Notes: generated by a model from the letters alone, not told the origin. A stretch of 64,000 bases of DNA from Spirochaetia bacterium (GCA_963677925.2 CAXXYH010000004.1:2400001-2464000), one strand, 5' to 3'. Shown: positions 40,201 through 50,818, numbered from the stretch's first letter. Numbers and translations are program-made.

Positions 40201-40539
40201 ATGGATTTTAAAATTGAAGTACATGAGTTTGACAGTGAAAATATCAAGATTACCTTAACCGGAAGACTTAATGCACTAAGTGCTCCTGAACTGAAGCGTA
40301 CTACTGCTGATCTTATTGGAAAAGGCCATAAGAAAATCATTGTTGATCTATCATCTCTGTTGTTCATGGACAGTTCAGGAATGGCAGCTTTGGTTTCCGG
40401 CTTAAAGGCTACAAGGGAAGTTGACGGTTTTTTCAGACTTTTCGGAGGACAGAAGCAGGTCATATCCGTGCTCAGACTCACAAAACTTGATCGTGTTTTT
40501 GAAATATACCCGGATGAGGAATCAGCACGTAAGATCTAG
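40201..40539 (+). CDS. STAS anti-sigma-factor antagonist (RsbV/SpoIIAA-like)
   Basis: VDLS...FMDSSGM with the phospho-acceptor Ser; LTKLDRVF. Confidence 0.9.
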   Translation: MDFKIEVHEFDSENIKITLTGRLNALSAPELKRTTADLIGKGHKKIIVDLSSLLFMDSSGMAALVSGLKATREVDGFFRLFGGQKQVISVLRLTKLDRVFEIYPDEESARKI

Positions 40540-40973
40540 TAAGGTAAAATCCTCTGCTTACAGCAGTCATCTCCATTAAGGATAGTTTTCTCCAGAACCA
40601 CCTGTACTCGTTTCCCCAGCAGATATTCAAACACCGCCTTTGTCTTTCCAATTGTACAGTTACAAAAGTCCGGATCCGTTATTGTACCGTTATTTACCAG
40701 AGGGCAGACGCAGGAAGGGGATTCAAGGACCAGTGTTTTTCCTTCTTTAGATAATCTCTGATTATCTCTTATATGGGGCTGTATCATATCTAGCAGGTGG
40801 TCAAAATCCGCAAAATTAGGGAGATCTCCGGTTAAAGCCCTGGCTAATTCCTTTGAATACTGTGATTTTGCACAGGACCTGCCGCATGTTTCCAGGAGTC
40901 TTTTGTGATCGTCTCCATGCATCAGGTTCTTTACCCGGTGTATACTATGAATCTTGTCGTATAAAGTATTCAT
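40536..40973 (-). CDS. Cys-rich hypothetical protein (DUF6144/V4R-like)
   Basis: CGRSC, CVCP, FCNC and TILNGDDCC; AAGGAG RBS. Its stop overlaps the STAS stop in CTAG. Confidence 0.6.
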   Translation of the reverse strand: MNTLYDKIHSIHRVKNLMHGDDHKRLLETCGRSCAKSQYSKELARALTGDLPNFADFDHLLDMIQPHIRDNQRLSKEGKTLVLESPSCVCPLVNNGTITDPDFCNCTIGKTKAVFEYLLGKRVQVVLEKTILNGDDCCKQRILPY

Positions 40974-41326
40974 TACAACTCCTTTCCATACTCACCTTTA
41001 ATCAGCTGCATAAATAGGTCTCAATGATGAAGTCTGAGATAGTCAAATTGGTAACTCTTTAGAATGGCTCGCTTTTTAAATAGATTTAGTAAATCAATTG
41101 AATATAAACCTGATGAGAGGTAAGTACAAGGAAAATTACACAAAATTGGATAAAATCGTATAAAATTATTAGAACTTCAAGTAATAAAGTCATACTTTTG
41201 TATATAAAATTTTGTTTCAGTATTATCGAAATAATACACGGATAAACATAGATTAGTGTAAAAGAATTACTGATTTCTTATTTAAGTGATGTCTGTGAGT
41301 ATAGGAAAGAAAAAATTGAAAAATCA

Positions 41327-41398
41327 AGCCAACGGTGGAATTCGAACCCACGACCTACGCTTTACGAGAGCGTTGCTCTACCCCTGAGCTACGTTGGC
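41327..41398 (-). tRNA. tRNA-Thr (anticodon CGT), CCA not encoded
   Basis: Minus strand GCCAACG TAGCTCAGGGGTAGAGC A ACGCT-CTCGTAA-AGCGT AGGTC GTGGG-TTCGAAT-TCCAC CGTTGGC T forms a cloverleaf. Confidence 0.95.
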
Positions 41399-41561
41399 AG
41401 GATTTACTGAAAACAAATAGTACTTAAAAAATCCCCTTCTTGCAAGCAGAATCTTCGTCCTTATATAGCTTCAGTGTATTGACTGCGGTTGATTAAAATT
41501 TGACTTTTTGAAATAACCATGATAAAAATTTAACAAATAATGGTAAAATATTACTAAATAC

Positions 41562-42833
41562 ATGGAGGCCAGGATGACATCACGTGAAAGGGTACTTGCT
41601 TCAATCGAACATAAAACACCGGATCAGGTTCCTGTTGATCTCGGAGCAACACCAAGTTCAGGTATTTCTGTTAAAGCTTACCAGAACTTCACCTCCTATA
41701 TGGGATATGACAGCAGTCCCAAGGTTTATGATGTGGTTCAGCAGCTTGTGCTTCCGGAAGCCCCGGTAATAGATTTTGCCGGTGTTGACGTCCTAGATAT
41801 AGCCCAGGCGTATGTAAACACAGAAGATTCTACCGACTCTGACTGGACGCCTGTACCAGGCAATGAAACAGCTTTTTACCCATCCTGGTTTAAACCTGTG
41901 CGGAATTCTTCCGGCGGCTGGGATGCCTTTCATGAAGACGGTACAAAAATCGCTTCCATGCCGGCAGGAGCCTCCTTTTATGATCAGACCTGCTTTCCCT
42001 GGGAATCAGGTTACCCCGATTCCCGGACGGCAATGAGTGATGCACTGGATGAAGCGATGGATAAAGTTTTATGGCAGAAACTCGTCCATTCACCATGGGA
42101 CAGGGCTTCGGCTACTGATTTCTGGGATGAGCTGAGACATAAAAGTATAAAACTTCAGCAGGCGAGCGGGAAGGCTCTGATGATAGTTTGCGGATGCAAT
42201 CTTTTTGAATGGGGTACATTCCTCCGGCGGATGGACAATTTCCTAATGGATATCTACCTTGAAAAAGATAACGTGATGCTCCTTATGGAACTGTTGATGG
42301 AAAAACATATGGCTACTCTTGAGAGAGTATGCGCATCGGTAGGAGATACAATAGATATTCTCCGCTTCGGTGATGATCTAGGAATGGATACCGGACCCTT
42401 TATGAGAATTGATGCCTACCGGGAACTTTTTCATGATCACCGTAAACGCCTCTGTTCCTATGTTCATGAAAACAGCAGCATGCATACATTTCTGCATTCC
42501 TGCGGCTCCATCTACCAGTATCTGCCTGATCTTATCGATTCCGGAATTGAAATTATCAATCCTGTACAGACAAACTGCCGTGACATGGATCCTGTACAGT
42601 TAAAATCAGAGTTTGGCGACGATATAGTCTTCTGGGGCGCCGGAGCTGATACACGTGAAATCCTGAACAGCGGGACCCCGCAGCAGGTCAGAACTGATGT
42701 ACTTAACCGCATGGAGATATTTTCTAAAAATGGAGGTTTCGTTTTTAACACAATCCATAATATACTGGGAGATGTACCGCCGCAGAATATCGAAGCAATG
42801 TTCAATGCGGTTAAAGAATTTAATTTGAAGTGA
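41562..42833 (+). CDS. Uroporphyrinogen decarboxylase/MtaA-like methyltransferase family protein
   Basis: MTSRERV, FGDDLG, HSCG, NPVQT and HNI..DVPPQNI. Confidence 0.85.
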   Translation: MEARMTSRERVLASIEHKTPDQVPVDLGATPSSGISVKAYQNFTSYMGYDSSPKVYDVVQQLVLPEAPVIDFAGVDVLDIAQAYVNTEDSTDSDWTPVPGNETAFYPSWFKPVRNSSGGWDAFHEDGTKIASMPAGASFYDQTCFPWESGYPDSRTAMSDALDEAMDKVLWQKLVHSPWDRASATDFWDELRHKSIKLQQASGKALMIVCGCNLFEWGTFLRRMDNFLMDIYLEKDNVMLLMELLMEKHMATLERVCASVGDTIDILRFGDDLGMDTGPFMRIDAYRELFHDHRKRLCSYVHENSSMHTFLHSCGSIYQYLPDLIDSGIEIINPVQTNCRDMDPVQLKSEFGDDIVFWGAGADTREILNSGTPQQVRTDVLNRMEIFSKNGGFVFNTIHNILGDVPPQNIEAMFNAVKEFNLK

Positions 42834-42841
42834 GGTCTTCC

Positions 42842-43267
42842 ATGATCAAAAAAATCCTTATAGCTGTTAATGACAACGAGACCAGCACTGAGATTCTTGA
42901 TACCGGGTTTGCCCTTGCTGAACAGCTCGGAGCAGAAGTTGGTATTGTCGATGTAGCCAGGCTTTCATTCGGGTATATAGACGCGGGAATCTATGCAAGG
43001 CAGATAGAAGAGGTAAACCTCAATATAGCAAAACACACGGTTAAATCAATTAAAGAGAAATACCCGGGTAAGATTGCAGCAGATTTTGAACCTGTAGGTG
43101 ATCCGGTCAGTGAGATAAGAAAAATTTTGGATGAATGGGGTGCCGACTTGATAATTATCGGACATCATCAGCGTTCTGTCTTTCGAAAGATTGCTGATAC
43201 AAGTCAGGAAAGAAGGCTGATTAACCAGATTGATGTTCCGGTAATGGTAGTTCCATGCTGTAATTAG
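42842..43267 (+). CDS. Universal stress protein
   Basis: KKILIAV...GDP...ADLIIIG...PVMVVP. Confidence 0.85.
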   Translation: MIKKILIAVNDNETSTEILDTGFALAEQLGAEVGIVDVARLSFGYIDAGIYARQIEEVNLNIAKHTVKSIKEKYPGKIAADFEPVGDPVSEIRKILDEWGADLIIIGHHQRSVFRKIADTSQERRLINQIDVPVMVVPCCN

Positions 43268-44057
43268 TCCGGTATTCCCTCGGCGGAATGCCTTTAGACT
43301 GTTTAAAACTTTTACTGAAGTGAAATTCGCTGTAAAAGCAGAGTCTTTCTGAAATTTCATAAATCGGCATGCCGGTGCTAATCAGCATTGAAGATGCAGC
43401 TTCTATTTTCAGATGATTCAAATATTTCATCGGTGTTGTATTCATCTTCCTGCTGAAAAGCCTTATCAGGTATGATTTATTGAGTTTGAGCCTGTCGGCC
43501 AGCTCATCCAGACTGAGCCTGCTGAAGACATTGTTCTGCATAATTTTGAGTGCCTTTTCAATGTGGGCGTTCGCACTATCGCTGTAATGAAAAGAACCGG
43601 GCCCCTCAGTCATCATATATAGAAAGGATATAAACTGATGAATACCCGAGTTCATTCTTGAACGGTTATTCGATAGAAATTTGTCCTTCAGCTCCTCAAA
43701 GAAAAACCTGTAATTTGTACCGATATTATAGTATTTTTTTCTACCCATGAGTTCAGTCATCAGGTTTGTAATTTCTTCATCACTCGTGTCTGTTCTAAAT
43801 AAAATTGCATAGTAGGTGACAGGATTGGTTTTTGACGCCGGAATGATGGTATGAGTATCTCCCGGTGATGAGAAAAACAGCGAGCCCTGATTTAAGGTCC
43901 AGGTGACCCCTGCATTCTTGAAGCTGCCTGCTCCCTGAATAAAATAATGAAGTTCATATTCAGTATCGCTGTGTCTGTGTGTCCTGCTGTGCCAGCGCAG
44001 CTGATCTTCATCCTGCAGTAGATACACAAATACAGCATCTGAAATTGATATCTGCAT
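43221..44057 (-). CDS. AraC-family regulator (probable xylose regulator)
   Basis: Cupin H.H...ELHY; C-terminal double HTH (YLIRLF, HFSKSFK...G.PPREYR). ATG 44057 lies directly behind a TTGACA-17-TATTTT promoter. Confidence 0.9.
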   Translation of the reverse strand: MQISISDAVFVYLLQDEDQLRWHSRTHRHSDTEYELHYFIQGAGSFKNAGVTWTLNQGSLFFSSPGDTHTIIPASKTNPVTYYAILFRTDTSDEEITNLMTELMGRKKYYNIGTNYRFFFEELKDKFLSNNRSRMNSGIHQFISFLYMMTEGPGSFHYSDSANAHIEKALKIMQNNVFSRLSLDELADRLKLNKSYLIRLFSRKMNTTPMKYLNHLKIEAASSMLISTGMPIYEISERLCFYSEFHFSKSFKQSKGIPPREYRTNYSMELPLPEHQSG

Positions 44058-44178
44058 ATACAGAAAATAACATTTCAAAAAGTTAATGTCAATTTTATAT
44101 ATGAAACCTCAATCCTTTCCATATTAAAAGACAGCAACCGAATATAAACTTTTATATAGATCAAATACAGGAGGTCTT

Positions 44179-45669
44179 ATGGAAACAGTACTGGGTATTG
44201 ATATGGGAACACAGAGCATTAAATTCCTCGTATATGACTATAAGCAGAAGAAGACAGTTGCGCTTACGCAGCAGAAACTTGATATTATTTCAGAATCGGA
44301 CGGTACAAGTGAGCAGAAAGCGGAATGGTGGATAGACGCTGCTGTGAAATGCGCACAGGATATATCTCCGGATATCCTGAAATCGGTGAAGGCTGTCGGT
44401 GTCTCGGGTCAGCAGCACGGTTTTGTCCCGCTTGATAATGAAGGAAAGACAGTTTACAACGTAAAACTCTGGAATGATGTATCAACGGCTGCAGAGTGTG
44501 ATGAAATAACTGCAGCTTTCGGGGGAGAGGAAAAACTTATTTCCGAGGCGGGCAATAAGATACTTCCCGGATACACCGCACCAAAGGTTCTCTGGCTTAA
44601 AAAGAACCGGCCGGAGGCGTATAGTAAGCTCTCGCATATCCTTCTTCCCCACGATTACATGAATTTCTTTCTGACCGGAGAGTATTCAGCCGAATATGGT
44701 GATGCTTCGGGAACCGCTTTTCTGGATGTCAGAAAACGACGATGGTCTGAAGATGTGCTTAAGGCGCTTGACCCGGACAGAGCACTGCTGGAATGTCTGC
44801 CTGAGCTCAGAGAAGCCTCAGCTTCTGCAGGAACAGTAACAGCCGGGGCCGCTGCAGCCTTCGGAATCCCCGCAGGTATTCCTGTATCTTCGGGCGGCGG
44901 AGATAATATGATGGGTGCCGTTGGTACCGGAACCGTCCGCGAAGGTGTTATGACAATGAGTCTGGGCACATCCGGAACAATTTATGTCCATGGTGATTCC
45001 CCGCTTATTGATCCTGAAGGTAATCTTGCAGCTTTCTGCTCATCAACAGGCGGATGGCTGCCTCTGCTGTGCACAATGAACTGTACAGTGGCTACTGAAA
45101 AGATCAGAACGCTTTTTGATATGGAGCACGAGACACTCACAAAGCTGGCAGCTGAAACTGTGCCGGGTTCAAACGGGGTTATAGTCCTGCCGTATTTCAG
45201 CGGGGAACGTACACCGAGCCTTCCTAACGGGCGCGGCGTAATAGCCGGTCTGAATATGAATAATGTAAATCAGTCAAACATTACACGTGCAGCTATGGAA
45301 TCTGCAGTATTCGGGCTGAAATTAGGCTATGAGTCGCTTCAGGCTCTGGGTGTTAAAACAGAGGAAGTCAGGCTTATAGGCGGAGGTTCAAAAAACCCGG
45401 TGTGGCGTCAGATAGCCGCTGATGTGCTTAATGCAGAGGTTGTCACTCCGGTAAATGAGGAAGCCGCCGCATTCGGTGCAGCCCTTCAGGCGCTTTGGAT
45501 GCTGGAAACCGGAGGAACCGGCCGGGGTATCGAAGAAATTACAGATGTACATATACGGCTTGATGAGCAAAATACCGTAATACCGGAAGCCTCTTCCGTA
45601 AATGAATATGAATCAGTTTACAGAGAATACAAAAGCTATCTGGAACTGTTAAAACCAAAATTTGAATAA
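44179..45669 (+). CDS. xylB: Xylulokinase
   Basis: [34 protein letters not shown] and GGGS; adjacent to xylA. Confidence 0.9.
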   Translation: METVLGIDMGTQSIKFLVYDYKQKKTVALTQQKLDIISESDGTSEQKAEWWIDAAVKCAQDISPDILKSVKAVGVSGQQHGFVPLDNEGKTVYNVKLWNDVSTAAECDEITAAFGGEEKLISEAGNKILPGYTAPKVLWLKKNRPEAYSKLSHILLPHDYMNFFLTGEYSAEYGDASGTAFLDVRKRRWSEDVLKALDPDRALLECLPELREASASAGTVTAGAAAAFGIPAGIPVSSGGGDNMMGAVGTGTVREGVMTMSLGTSGTIYVHGDSPLIDPEGNLAAFCSSTGGWLPLLCTMNCTVATEKIRTLFDMEHETLTKLAAETVPGSNGVIVLPYFSGERTPSLPNGRGVIAGLNMNNVNQSNITRAAMESAVFGLKLGYESLQALGVKTEEVRLIGGGSKNPVWRQIAADVLNAEVVTPVNEEAAAFGAALQALWMLETGGTGRGIEEITDVHIRLDEQNTVIPEASSVNEYESVYREYKSYLELLKPKFE

Positions 45670-45688
45670 TTGCCAGGAGGAAAAGATT

Positions 45689-47026
45689 ATGTCGAATTTT
45701 TACAAGGGAAACAAAGAATACTTTGAGGGAATAGGGAAAATTAATTACGAAGGACCTGCCTCTGATAATCCGCTTGCATTTAAATTCTACGATGAGAATA
45801 AAGTCATCGGGGGGAAGACCATGAAAGAGCAGTTGAGGTTTGCAATAGCCTACTGGCATTCTTTCTGCGGTGACGGAGGTGATCCCTTTGGAGGAAGGAC
45901 TCACTTCTTTCCCTGGGATATGAAGTCTGATCCCGTGGATGCTGCAATGGATAAACTTGACGCAGCTTTTGAATTTTTTACAAAGATCGGTGCTCCCTTC
46001 TACTGCTTTCATGACAGGGACCTTGCTCCTGAAGGAGCTTCGGTTACAGAGTCTGAAAAGAATCTGCAGACATTGATAGAAGCGGCAAAAGAAAGGCAGG
46101 ATGCTACAGGTGTCAAACTGCTCTGGGGAACTGCAAATCTCTTCGGACATCCGCGTTACATGAACGGTGCTTTCACAAACCCTGATTTTAATGTTGTTGC
46201 TCATGCTGCGGCACAGGTTAAGGCTGCCATAGATGCTACAATTTACCTCGGCGGCGACGGCTACGTTTTCTGGGGCGGCCGTGAGGGCTATATGAGCCTG
46301 CTTAATACCGATATGAAGCGTGAAAAAGACCATCTTCTCAAGGCGCTTACCGCAGCACGTGATTACGGCCGGAAAGCCGGGTTCAAGGGCATGTTCATGA
46401 TAGAACCTAAACCCATGGAACCTTCAAAACATCAGTATGACTATGATACAGAGACTGTTGTAAGCTTCCTAAAGCAGAACGGTCTTGACAGTGATTTCCG
46501 TCTGAATATTGAAAATAACCATGCAACCCTCGCCGGACATACCTTCTGGCATGATCTGCAGGTTGCTGTAGATGCCGGAATGCTCGGCAGTATTGATGCA
46601 AATCAGGGAGATTATCAGAACGGCTGGGATACAGATCAGTTTCCCACAAGTGTCTATGAAACAACAAGAGCAATGATGGTTGTCCTTGAAAACGGAGGTC
46701 TTGGAAAAGGCGGACTCAATTTTGATGCAAAAATCAGAAGAAACTCCACAGATCCTGCAGATCTTTTTATAGCTCACATCGGAGGTATGGATGCTTTTGC
46801 TCTCGGACTGGAAGCAGCATACAAGGTGAGAAATGAAAGCAGCATTCCTTCAATGCTTAAAGACCGCTACAGCTCATTTGACAGTGGAAATGGTGCTGAC
46901 TTTGAGGCAGGAAAACTCGGCCTTGAAGCGCTCAGGGACCTTGCTGCAGCCTCCGGGGAACCTGAAATGCTCAGCGGCAGACAGGAACTTTACGAAAATA
47001 TCCTCAACAGCATACTGTTCAGATAA
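45689..47026 (+). CDS. xylA: Xylose isomerase (class II)
   Basis: [33 protein letters not shown] and NFDAK. ATG 45689 follows GGAGG. Confidence 0.97.
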   Translation: MSNFYKGNKEYFEGIGKINYEGPASDNPLAFKFYDENKVIGGKTMKEQLRFAIAYWHSFCGDGGDPFGGRTHFFPWDMKSDPVDAAMDKLDAAFEFFTKIGAPFYCFHDRDLAPEGASVTESEKNLQTLIEAAKERQDATGVKLLWGTANLFGHPRYMNGAFTNPDFNVVAHAAAQVKAAIDATIYLGGDGYVFWGGREGYMSLLNTDMKREKDHLLKALTAARDYGRKAGFKGMFMIEPKPMEPSKHQYDYDTETVVSFLKQNGLDSDFRLNIENNHATLAGHTFWHDLQVAVDAGMLGSIDANQGDYQNGWDTDQFPTSVYETTRAMMVVLENGGLGKGGLNFDAKIRRNSTDPADLFIAHIGGMDAFALGLEAAYKVRNESSIPSMLKDRYSSFDSGNGADFEAGKLGLEALRDLAAASGEPEMLSGRQELYENILNSILFR

Positions 47027-47043
47027 AATTCCTCATTTTTGCC

Positions 47044-47087
47044 TTTGCCGGCGGTATTTATTATATTTAATATATACCGCTGGTAAA
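47044..47087. terminator. Long stem-loop after xylA (terminator or mRNA stabiliser)
   Basis: TTTGCCGGCGGTAT...ATACCGCTGGTAAA, pairing with G:U on the plus strand. Confidence 0.6.
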
Positions 47088-47135
47088 CTTGAAACCTGTA
47101 GGTACGGTAAATTCATTAATTGGTGAGGTGGAATT

Positions 47136-47564
47136 ATGATCACTAAAATTCTAATCGCTGTGAATGATGAAGAAGCTGGGACAGGATACATTCAGGATGC
47201 ATTTGAAATCGCCGATAAATTCGGCGGTGAAATAGCCCTTATTGATGTTGCTCAGCTTGTCATCGAATATTCAGAAGCCGGAAGAATGGTCGCTCCGGTA
47301 GAGAATGTTAATATTGAGATTGCAGAGAACACAGTAAACGCGGTTAAAAAGCGTTTTCCAGGACGTGTTTCAGCTGACTTTGAGCCTGAAGGGGATCCGG
47401 TTACTGAAATACGGCGTATCATCGGGGAATGGAAGGCTGATATGCTTATTGTCGGTCATCATAAGAAGTCTTTCTTCCAGAAAATGTCTGATACGAGCAG
47501 GGAAAAACGGCTTATCAACAACATCGACATACCGGTTCTGGTTCTTCCCTGTGTAGAGCAGTAA
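47136..47564 (+). CDS. Universal stress protein (paralog of 42842..43267)
   Basis: KILIAVND...ADFEPEGDPV.EIR...W.AD...GHH...PVLVLPC. Confidence 0.85.
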   Translation: MITKILIAVNDEEAGTGYIQDAFEIADKFGGEIALIDVAQLVIEYSEAGRMVAPVENVNIEIAENTVNAVKKRFPGRVSADFEPEGDPVTEIRRIIGEWKADMLIVGHHKKSFFQKMSDTSREKRLINNIDIPVLVLPCVEQ

Positions 47565-47634
47565 GCAAAAAGGTCAGCTAAGCTTAGCTTCTCTTTTGCT
47601 TTGTAAAAGATATAAAAATAAAATCAGATTCATC

Positions 47635-47661
47635 TTAAGACATTTTTTCGTATTCCGATAT
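47635..47661 (+). promoter_or_regulatory. Putative sigma28 (FliA) promoter
   Basis: TTAA-N15-TCCGATAT upstream of flgF; the consensus is TAAA-N15-GCCGATAA. Confidence 0.55.
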
Positions 47662-47690
47662 TTACTATAGAAGTATTTGCGGAGGAAAAA

Positions 47691-48536
47691 ATGCTTAGAG
47701 GCTTATATACAGGCGCAAGCGGAATGCAGGCTCAGATTCATAAAATGGATGCCCTTGCCAATAATCTTGCTAATGTTGACACAACAGGATACAAAAAAGA
47801 CACATCAGTACAGAAGGCCTTTCCGCAGATGCTCATCCGCAGAATGAACGATGAAGTATATAAGTTTCCTTTCGGTTCTGTGGATACTACTCCTGAAGTT
47901 GGAAAGCTTGGAACCGGCGTGGAATTAAATGAAATATATACTCAGTTTTCACAGGGGTCCTTAAAGGAAACCTCAAACCCCTTTGATATAGCTCTGGACG
48001 GCGCCGGTTTTTTTACTATAGAAACCCCCATGGGTGAAAGGTACACGAGAAACGGAACCTTCCTTATCGATGATAACGGTATGCTTGTAACAAAAGAGGG
48101 GCTGCCTGTAGAAGGTGAAAACGGTCATATCTACCTCAAAAAGAACAATTTTGTTATAGATAAGCAGGGAAGGGTCTTTCAGAATAAAGACCTGGCCGAT
48201 GATCCTCAGCGTCTTGTTTCGATGGAAGAAAACGACTGGGCCAATCTTGAACAAGTGGATACCCTGAAAATAGTTGATTTCCGTCGTCCCAGATATCTCG
48301 ACAAGCAGGGGCAGTCACTTTGGTCAGCCAACGATGAATCCGGAGCTCCCAGGGCTGTTGAACTCGGCGGTACAACGAAAACTATTCAGGGCTTCCTGGA
48401 AACTGCAAATGTAAATCCTGTTACCGAAATGGTAAGTATGATAAGCGTCAACAGAGCATATGAAGCAAACCAGAAAGTAATACAGGCACACGATGCCATG
48501 ACCGATAAACTTATAAATCAGGCAGCAAGGGTATAG
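47691..48536 (+). CDS. flgF: Flagellar basal-body rod protein FlgF/FlhO
   Basis: ANNLANVDTTGYKKD, YTRNG.F and LETANVNPV.EM. Confidence 0.8.
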   Translation: MLRGLYTGASGMQAQIHKMDALANNLANVDTTGYKKDTSVQKAFPQMLIRRMNDEVYKFPFGSVDTTPEVGKLGTGVELNEIYTQFSQGSLKETSNPFDIALDGAGFFTIETPMGERYTRNGTFLIDDNGMLVTKEGLPVEGENGHIYLKKNNFVIDKQGRVFQNKDLADDPQRLVSMEENDWANLEQVDTLKIVDFRRPRYLDKQGQSLWSANDESGAPRAVELGGTTKTIQGFLETANVNPVTEMVSMISVNRAYEANQKVIQAHDAMTDKLINQAARV

Positions 48537-48549
48537 GGGGTAAAAAGTC

Positions 48550-49344
48550 ATGATGAGATCACTTTACACAGCAGCATCAGGAATGACAGGACAGCAGTAC
48601 AATATTGATACTATTTCAAATAACCTGTCCAACGTTAATACGACAGGATTCAAGCAGAACCGTGTTGATTTTGAAGACCTCCTCTACCAGACAACCAGAG
48701 TTGCCGGAACCCCGGCTACAGAGCTCACAGTGGTGCCTACAGGTGTTCAGGTGGGTCATGGTGTAAGAGTAGCTGCTACCCAGAAAATGTATACTCAGGG
48801 CGCTCTTCAGAATACCGGCAATGTATCGGATGTAGCCATTACCGGCGAAGGTTTTATGAGAGTACTCCTTATGGACGGCTCCTACGGCTATACAAGAGAC
48901 GGTGCTCTTAAAATTGACTCTAACGGTCAGATTGTAACTTCCAACGGATATAAACTGATGCCTGAGGTTGTCCTTCCTGAAGGATTTGAAAGAGACTCTC
49001 TTACTATTACCCAGGATGGACGAATTACTGTAAAGGTTCCAGGAAGCGACGATCCAATCCTTGTCGGCCAGATGCAGCTTTACCGTTTTGTAAACCCTGC
49101 AGGTCTTTCCGCCATTGGTGAAAACCTTTTAAAGGTAACAAACGCTTCAGGTGACCCGATAGGCGGTCGACCCGGGTTTGACGGAATGGGAAAGATACAG
49201 CATAAGTTCCTTGAAATGTCGAATGTTTCAGTTGTTCAGGAAATGGTAAATATGATTGTTGCCCAGCGTGCCTATGAACTTAACTCAAAGGCCATCCAGA
49301 CATCAGACTCAATGCTCCAGATTGCAAATAACTTAAAGAGATAA
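48550..49344 (+). CDS. flgG: Flagellar distal rod protein FlgG
   Basis: SNNLSNVNTTGFK, FEDLLYQ, YTRDG and LEMSNV...AQRAYELNSK. Confidence 0.95.
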   Translation: MMRSLYTAASGMTGQQYNIDTISNNLSNVNTTGFKQNRVDFEDLLYQTTRVAGTPATELTVVPTGVQVGHGVRVAATQKMYTQGALQNTGNVSDVAITGEGFMRVLLMDGSYGYTRDGALKIDSNGQIVTSNGYKLMPEVVLPEGFERDSLTITQDGRITVKVPGSDDPILVGQMQLYRFVNPAGLSAIGENLLKVTNASGDPIGGRPGFDGMGKIQHKFLEMSNVSVVQEMVNMIVAQRAYELNSKAIQTSDSMLQIANNLKR

Positions 49345-49347
49345 TAG

Positions 49348-49671
49348 ATGGAAATAGCAGATATCGCTGATCTTCAGTATAGAAACCTTAAAACCTCTGA
49401 TGCGGGAAATATCCTTAATAAGAAAATGCAGAATGAAGCAGAAGCCAAAAAGCTTAAAGATGCCTGCAGAGATTTCGAGTCTCTTTTTATCAAGCAGATG
49501 CTTGATTCGATGAAAAAGACTGTTAACAAGTCCGGGCTTCTTGACGGCGGAATGGCTGAGGATATATTTGAAGACATGCTCTATGATGAATACGCAACCA
49601 AAATGGCTGATACTGCTAATCTAGGTATAGCAAAAATGATGTATAAGCAGCTTTCTGCCGGGCTCCAATAA
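49348..49671 (+). CDS. flgJ: Single-domain rod-binding FlgJ
   Basis: LKDACRDFESLFIKQML.SM...MLYDEYA; no muramidase domain. Confidence 0.85.
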   Translation: MEIADIADLQYRNLKTSDAGNILNKKMQNEAEAKKLKDACRDFESLFIKQMLDSMKKTVNKSGLLDGGMAEDIFEDMLYDEYATKMADTANLGIAKMMYKQLSAGLQ

Positions 49672-49890
49672 CAGGACCCGGATATTTAAATTAATTGTAA
49701 AAGTTCAAAAAACTTCATGAAAACTTGCTTCCGGGTGTTATATTCAAAGTAGTAAAATTGTTTATTTTATAACGACTCCTGTACAAAAAAGTATACATTC
49801 TTTTCTGTTTCTATTCATAGTAATTTTTGTTGAAATTATAAATCCTTGTAATATAAGTAAATATTAGCTTCTTCTTGTTGAGGTATAAGT

Positions 49891-49906
49891 TGGCACGTTT
49901 CCTGCA
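49891..49906 (+). promoter_or_regulatory. Sigma54 (-24/-12) promoter
   Basis: TGGCACG-TTTC-CTGCA versus consensus TGGCACG-N4-TTGCW, with correct GG/GC spacing, ~25 nt before the sigma gene. Confidence 0.75.
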
Positions 49907-49930
49907 GTATAATATGCGAGGTGATGCCAG

Positions 49931-50770
49931 ATGAATAAGAATGATAACATTCAGGACAATACTTTAAAATCTTATTTTAAACAGATTCAGAAATACCCGC
50001 TCCTTGATTTCGATCAGGAAATTGAACTTTCAAAGCGTATTCAGGCCGGTGATAGAAAAGCTGTTGAAACGCTTATTGAATCAAATCTGCGGCTGGTTGT
50101 AAAAATAGCCAAACCATATGTAAGCAGAGAAATGAGTTTTCTTGATGTGATTCAGGAAGGTAATCTCGGACTGATGAAGGCAGCTGAAAAATATGATTTC
50201 AGAAAGAATGTAAGATTTTCCACTTATGCAGCATGGTGGATCAGACAGGCCATTGTCAGAGCTATTTCAAATAAAAAGAGACCTATAAGACTTCCGCATA
50301 GAAAAGAAGAAACACTTAGAAAGATAAAACAGGCTTACTATACATTAAGTCAGTCATTCATGAGAGAGCCTAATTATAAAGAAATTGGAATTGAACTCGG
50401 AATGAGTGCAGATGAAGTCGAAACTATCCTTCAGATAAGCGGAGATGTTATATCACTTGATGCTGAAATGAATGAAGATTCAGGAACTCTGATTACAATG
50501 TTTGAAGATATGTCATACGAACCTGCTCAGACGGTAATTAAGCAGATTATGCGTGATGATACTCTCAGGACTCTTGATATTCTGCCAGAAAAAGAGAAAA
50601 AGGTTCTAATGTACCGTTATTCATTTTATGACGGTAAGAGATATACACTCAAAAAAATAGGCGACAAGTTCGGAATATCTCCTGAAACTGTAAGACAGAT
50701 AGAAATGAGAGCTCTTAAAAAGCTTGAAAAGGAAGCAGATAAGCTTAAAGAATATGTATATACCGTATAG
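49931..50770 (+). CDS. Group 2-like sigma70 factor (RpoS-like)
   Basis: Region 1.2 present and region 1.1 absent; [27 protein letters not shown] and ETVRQIE. Confidence 0.9.
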   Translation: MNKNDNIQDNTLKSYFKQIQKYPLLDFDQEIELSKRIQAGDRKAVETLIESNLRLVVKIAKPYVSREMSFLDVIQEGNLGLMKAAEKYDFRKNVRFSTYAAWWIRQAIVRAISNKKRPIRLPHRKEETLRKIKQAYYTLSQSFMREPNYKEIGIELGMSADEVETILQISGDVISLDAEMNEDSGTLITMFEDMSYEPAQTVIKQIMRDDTLRTLDILPEKEKKVLMYRYSFYDGKRYTLKKIGDKFGISPETVRQIEMRALKKLEKEADKLKEYVYTV

Positions 50771-50818
50771 TTTCAGTATTACTTGACGAAACGGTAATTT
50801 AATAATAACTTTTAGCCG

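Noticed and set aside
41018-41120. Box C/D-like (ATGATGA...CTGA) hairpin or riboswitch upstream of the Cys-rich gene
   Set aside because: Only a short stem is present, and it does not fit any riboswitch consensus I can verify by eye. An Rfam scan would settle it.
40974-41398. Genomic island integrated at the 3' end of tRNA-Thr
   Set aside because: The flank is AT-rich, but I found no integrase and no duplicated tRNA 3' end.
43221-43267. Frameshift suggested by the araC/USP 3' overlap
   Set aside because: Both proteins are complete, and short convergent overlaps occur elsewhere in this window.
45539-46333. 264-aa antisense ORF over xylA, and the many other short overlapping ORFs in the track
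   Set aside because: They lie opposite or within well-supported genes and show no recognisable motifs.
49687-49696. TAAATTAATT resembling a BosR-type box upstream of the RpoS-like gene
   Set aside because: A single imperfect match in very AT-rich DNA is expected by chance.
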